Of a DNA stretch of 64,000 nucleotides, positions 62,698-64,000 are shown in pieces. Under the pieces are notes generated by a model. The model saw only the letters and a program-made list of their open reading frames with translations. It ran no database searches and was not told the DNA's origin. The DNA is from a virus. Both the position numbers and the translations under genes were made by a program. Location: the IMG/VR virus record IMGVR_UViG_3300019757_000007, positions 1 through 64,000 of that record. One strand, 5' to 3'. The stretch's first letter is position 1. Each line of letters opens with the position of its first letter.

Positions 62698-63345
62698 ATG
62701 CAATTAAAAGAATATATAGATTTAGCTTTAAGAACGGAAAGTTCATTAAGCCCATTGACAAAAGAAGTTGAAGATAGAGGTCTAACGAATAGAACTTTTC
62801 ATGGAGTAATTGGAGTAAATACAGAAGTAGGTGAAATGATTGAATGTATTGAAAATGGAAAATTTAAAGCTGATGAACCAGAAAATGCTCCGGACTGGGT
62901 TAATTTATTAGAAGAATGTGGAGATGCCTTATGGTACTTAGCTATTAAGATAGATGAGTTATTTGGATTAGATTATGATCATTTTCAAGATTCTTTAAAT
63001 AGAAACTCAGTAGATACTTTAGATAAAAGAACAATAGAAGAATTAATTGAAAGATTAAGATTCTCTGCTAATGAAGAATTAGATTACTCTAAAAAAGTTA
63101 TGATGTATGGAAAAGATGATGATAATATGTTAAAATTTCAAAATTGTACTTTCGTTCAATTCTTATTAATTATTAGAATAATCAATAAAGTTACTAAAAA
63201 AGCTGATAGCATTGAACAAGTTATGAAAGTAAATATTGCTAAATTAAACCAAAGATATCCAGATAAGTTCTCAACAACAGATGCCGATATTAGAGATTTA
63301 GTATCAGAAAGAACTATTCTAGAAAGTTTACCAACACCAGAATAA
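62698..63345 (+). CDS. MazG-like NTP pyrophosphohydrolase
   Basis: ExGExxE...EECGDALWY; NIAKLNQRYPDKF. Confidence 0.85.
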   Translation: MQLKEYIDLALRTESSLSPLTKEVEDRGLTNRTFHGVIGVNTEVGEMIECIENGKFKADEPENAPDWVNLLEECGDALWYLAIKIDELFGLDYDHFQDSLNRNSVDTLDKRTIEELIERLRFSANEELDYSKKVMMYGKDDDNMLKFQNCTFVQFLLIIRIINKVTKKADSIEQVMKVNIAKLNQRYPDKFSTTDADIRDLVSERTILESLPTPE

Positions 63346-63480
63346 GATAGGAATACCCTATCTTTAGGCAAGATAATAATGATATTATCCAGTAATATAC
63401 AACGGCTTCTTTAAGAGCTTGCAGTATAAACAAAATGAAATTTATAAAAAATAAATAATACAAAAATTAAGGAAAATAAT

Positions 63481-64000
63481 ATGTCACAAACTAACTCAAA
63501 TGTAGCTCCAGTTCAAACGGGTGTCCTAGCAGGGACTTCGAATATAAATCTAGAAGATGTACAAAATTATTGGAATAAGATAATTAAAACTGAACAACTT
63601 CAAGAGGACGAGACTGCAAGAATAGTTTTTCAAGCAAGAGTTAAACCTAATTTAGCAACACAGTATGAAAATTTAAAGAATTTTGAAATTACTGAAAGCA
63701 AACAATTAAGAACGGCGGTAGATGTTTTTAGTTATATTGAAGAAAAGACTAGATCTTTACCACATCATGATGTTGGTATAAGTATCAGTTCAGCCGTTTA
63801 TAATTACGATCCGACAAATGTTAATGAAAAAGGAAATGTAAAAGCTCCTAGTTATAATACTCTTAAAAAGATTAATTCATTAGTATTTGATATCGATGCT
63901 CACATTAAAGGGTCTAAAGAAAGATTTCATATTTATACTTTAGATGATAAATATATCCAAGTTGTTATTCTTAGATCATATATTGAAATTATGGATTTAT
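63481..64000 (+). CDS. probable primase-polymerase (AEP) N-terminus, truncated by window end
   Basis: AAGGA RBS; open frame MSQTNSNV... containing LVFDIDAH (hhDhD motif I). Confidence 0.45.
   Translation, partial: MSQTNSNVAPVQTGVLAGTSNINLEDVQNYWNKIIKTEQLQEDETARIVFQARVKPNLATQYENLKNFEITESKQLRTAVDVFSYIEEKTRSLPHHDVGISISSAVYNYDPTNVNEKGNVKAPSYNTLKKINSLVFDIDAHIKGSKERFHIYTLDDKYIQVVILRSYIEIMDL

Noticed and set aside
11733-63371. Short ORFs antisense to or nested in longer genes (e.g. 11733, 13356, 19936, 27289, 35615, 40935, 52872, 61741, 62308, 63156)
   Set aside because: Shadow ORFs of AT-rich coding sequence with no RBS or motif.
1-64000. Stop-codon reassignment; tRNA or rRNA genes; tubulin or chimallin
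   Set aside because: Genes are full-length and tightly packed in the standard code using all three stops, and none of these genes was recognisable by eye.

Overview
Very AT-rich, gene-dense segment of what appears to be a jumbo bacteriophage. The likely host is in Campylobacterota, inferred from a CheY with the TTEGGK signature. Genes run on the minus strand from 1 to ~52,350 and on the plus strand after a divergent switch at ~52,400. The window holds pieces of two distinct multisubunit (beta/beta'-type) RNA polymerases, as in phiKZ/AR9-type phages. It also encodes a family B DNA polymerase split into at least three parts, ATP-dependent ligase, clamp loader, RecJ, a probable primase-polymerase, and 7-deazaguanine genes (QueE, Gat-QueC) together with a purine PRTase and a queuosine-salvage (QNG1/DUF2419)-like hydrolase. 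Other genes include nucleotide/alarmone hydrolases (NUDT16-like Nudix, HD/Mesh1-like, NADAR, MazG-like), two free-standing homing endonucleases, a TAXI-like binding protein and CheY. The most striking item is ORF 61184-62524: an intein with no N-extein and an apparently degenerate N-terminal splicing motif, followed by a 58-aa C-extein beginning SDGD. That peptide is the second half of an RNA polymerase beta' catalytic loop. Non-coding signals are a 44-bp promoter motif in 5 copies, a conserved GAAA-loop leader, an AGCT-rich dispersed repeat, a TTCCTGTCG motif and a ~190-nt structured RNA candidate. All protein calls come from motif recognition by eye; no database search was run.
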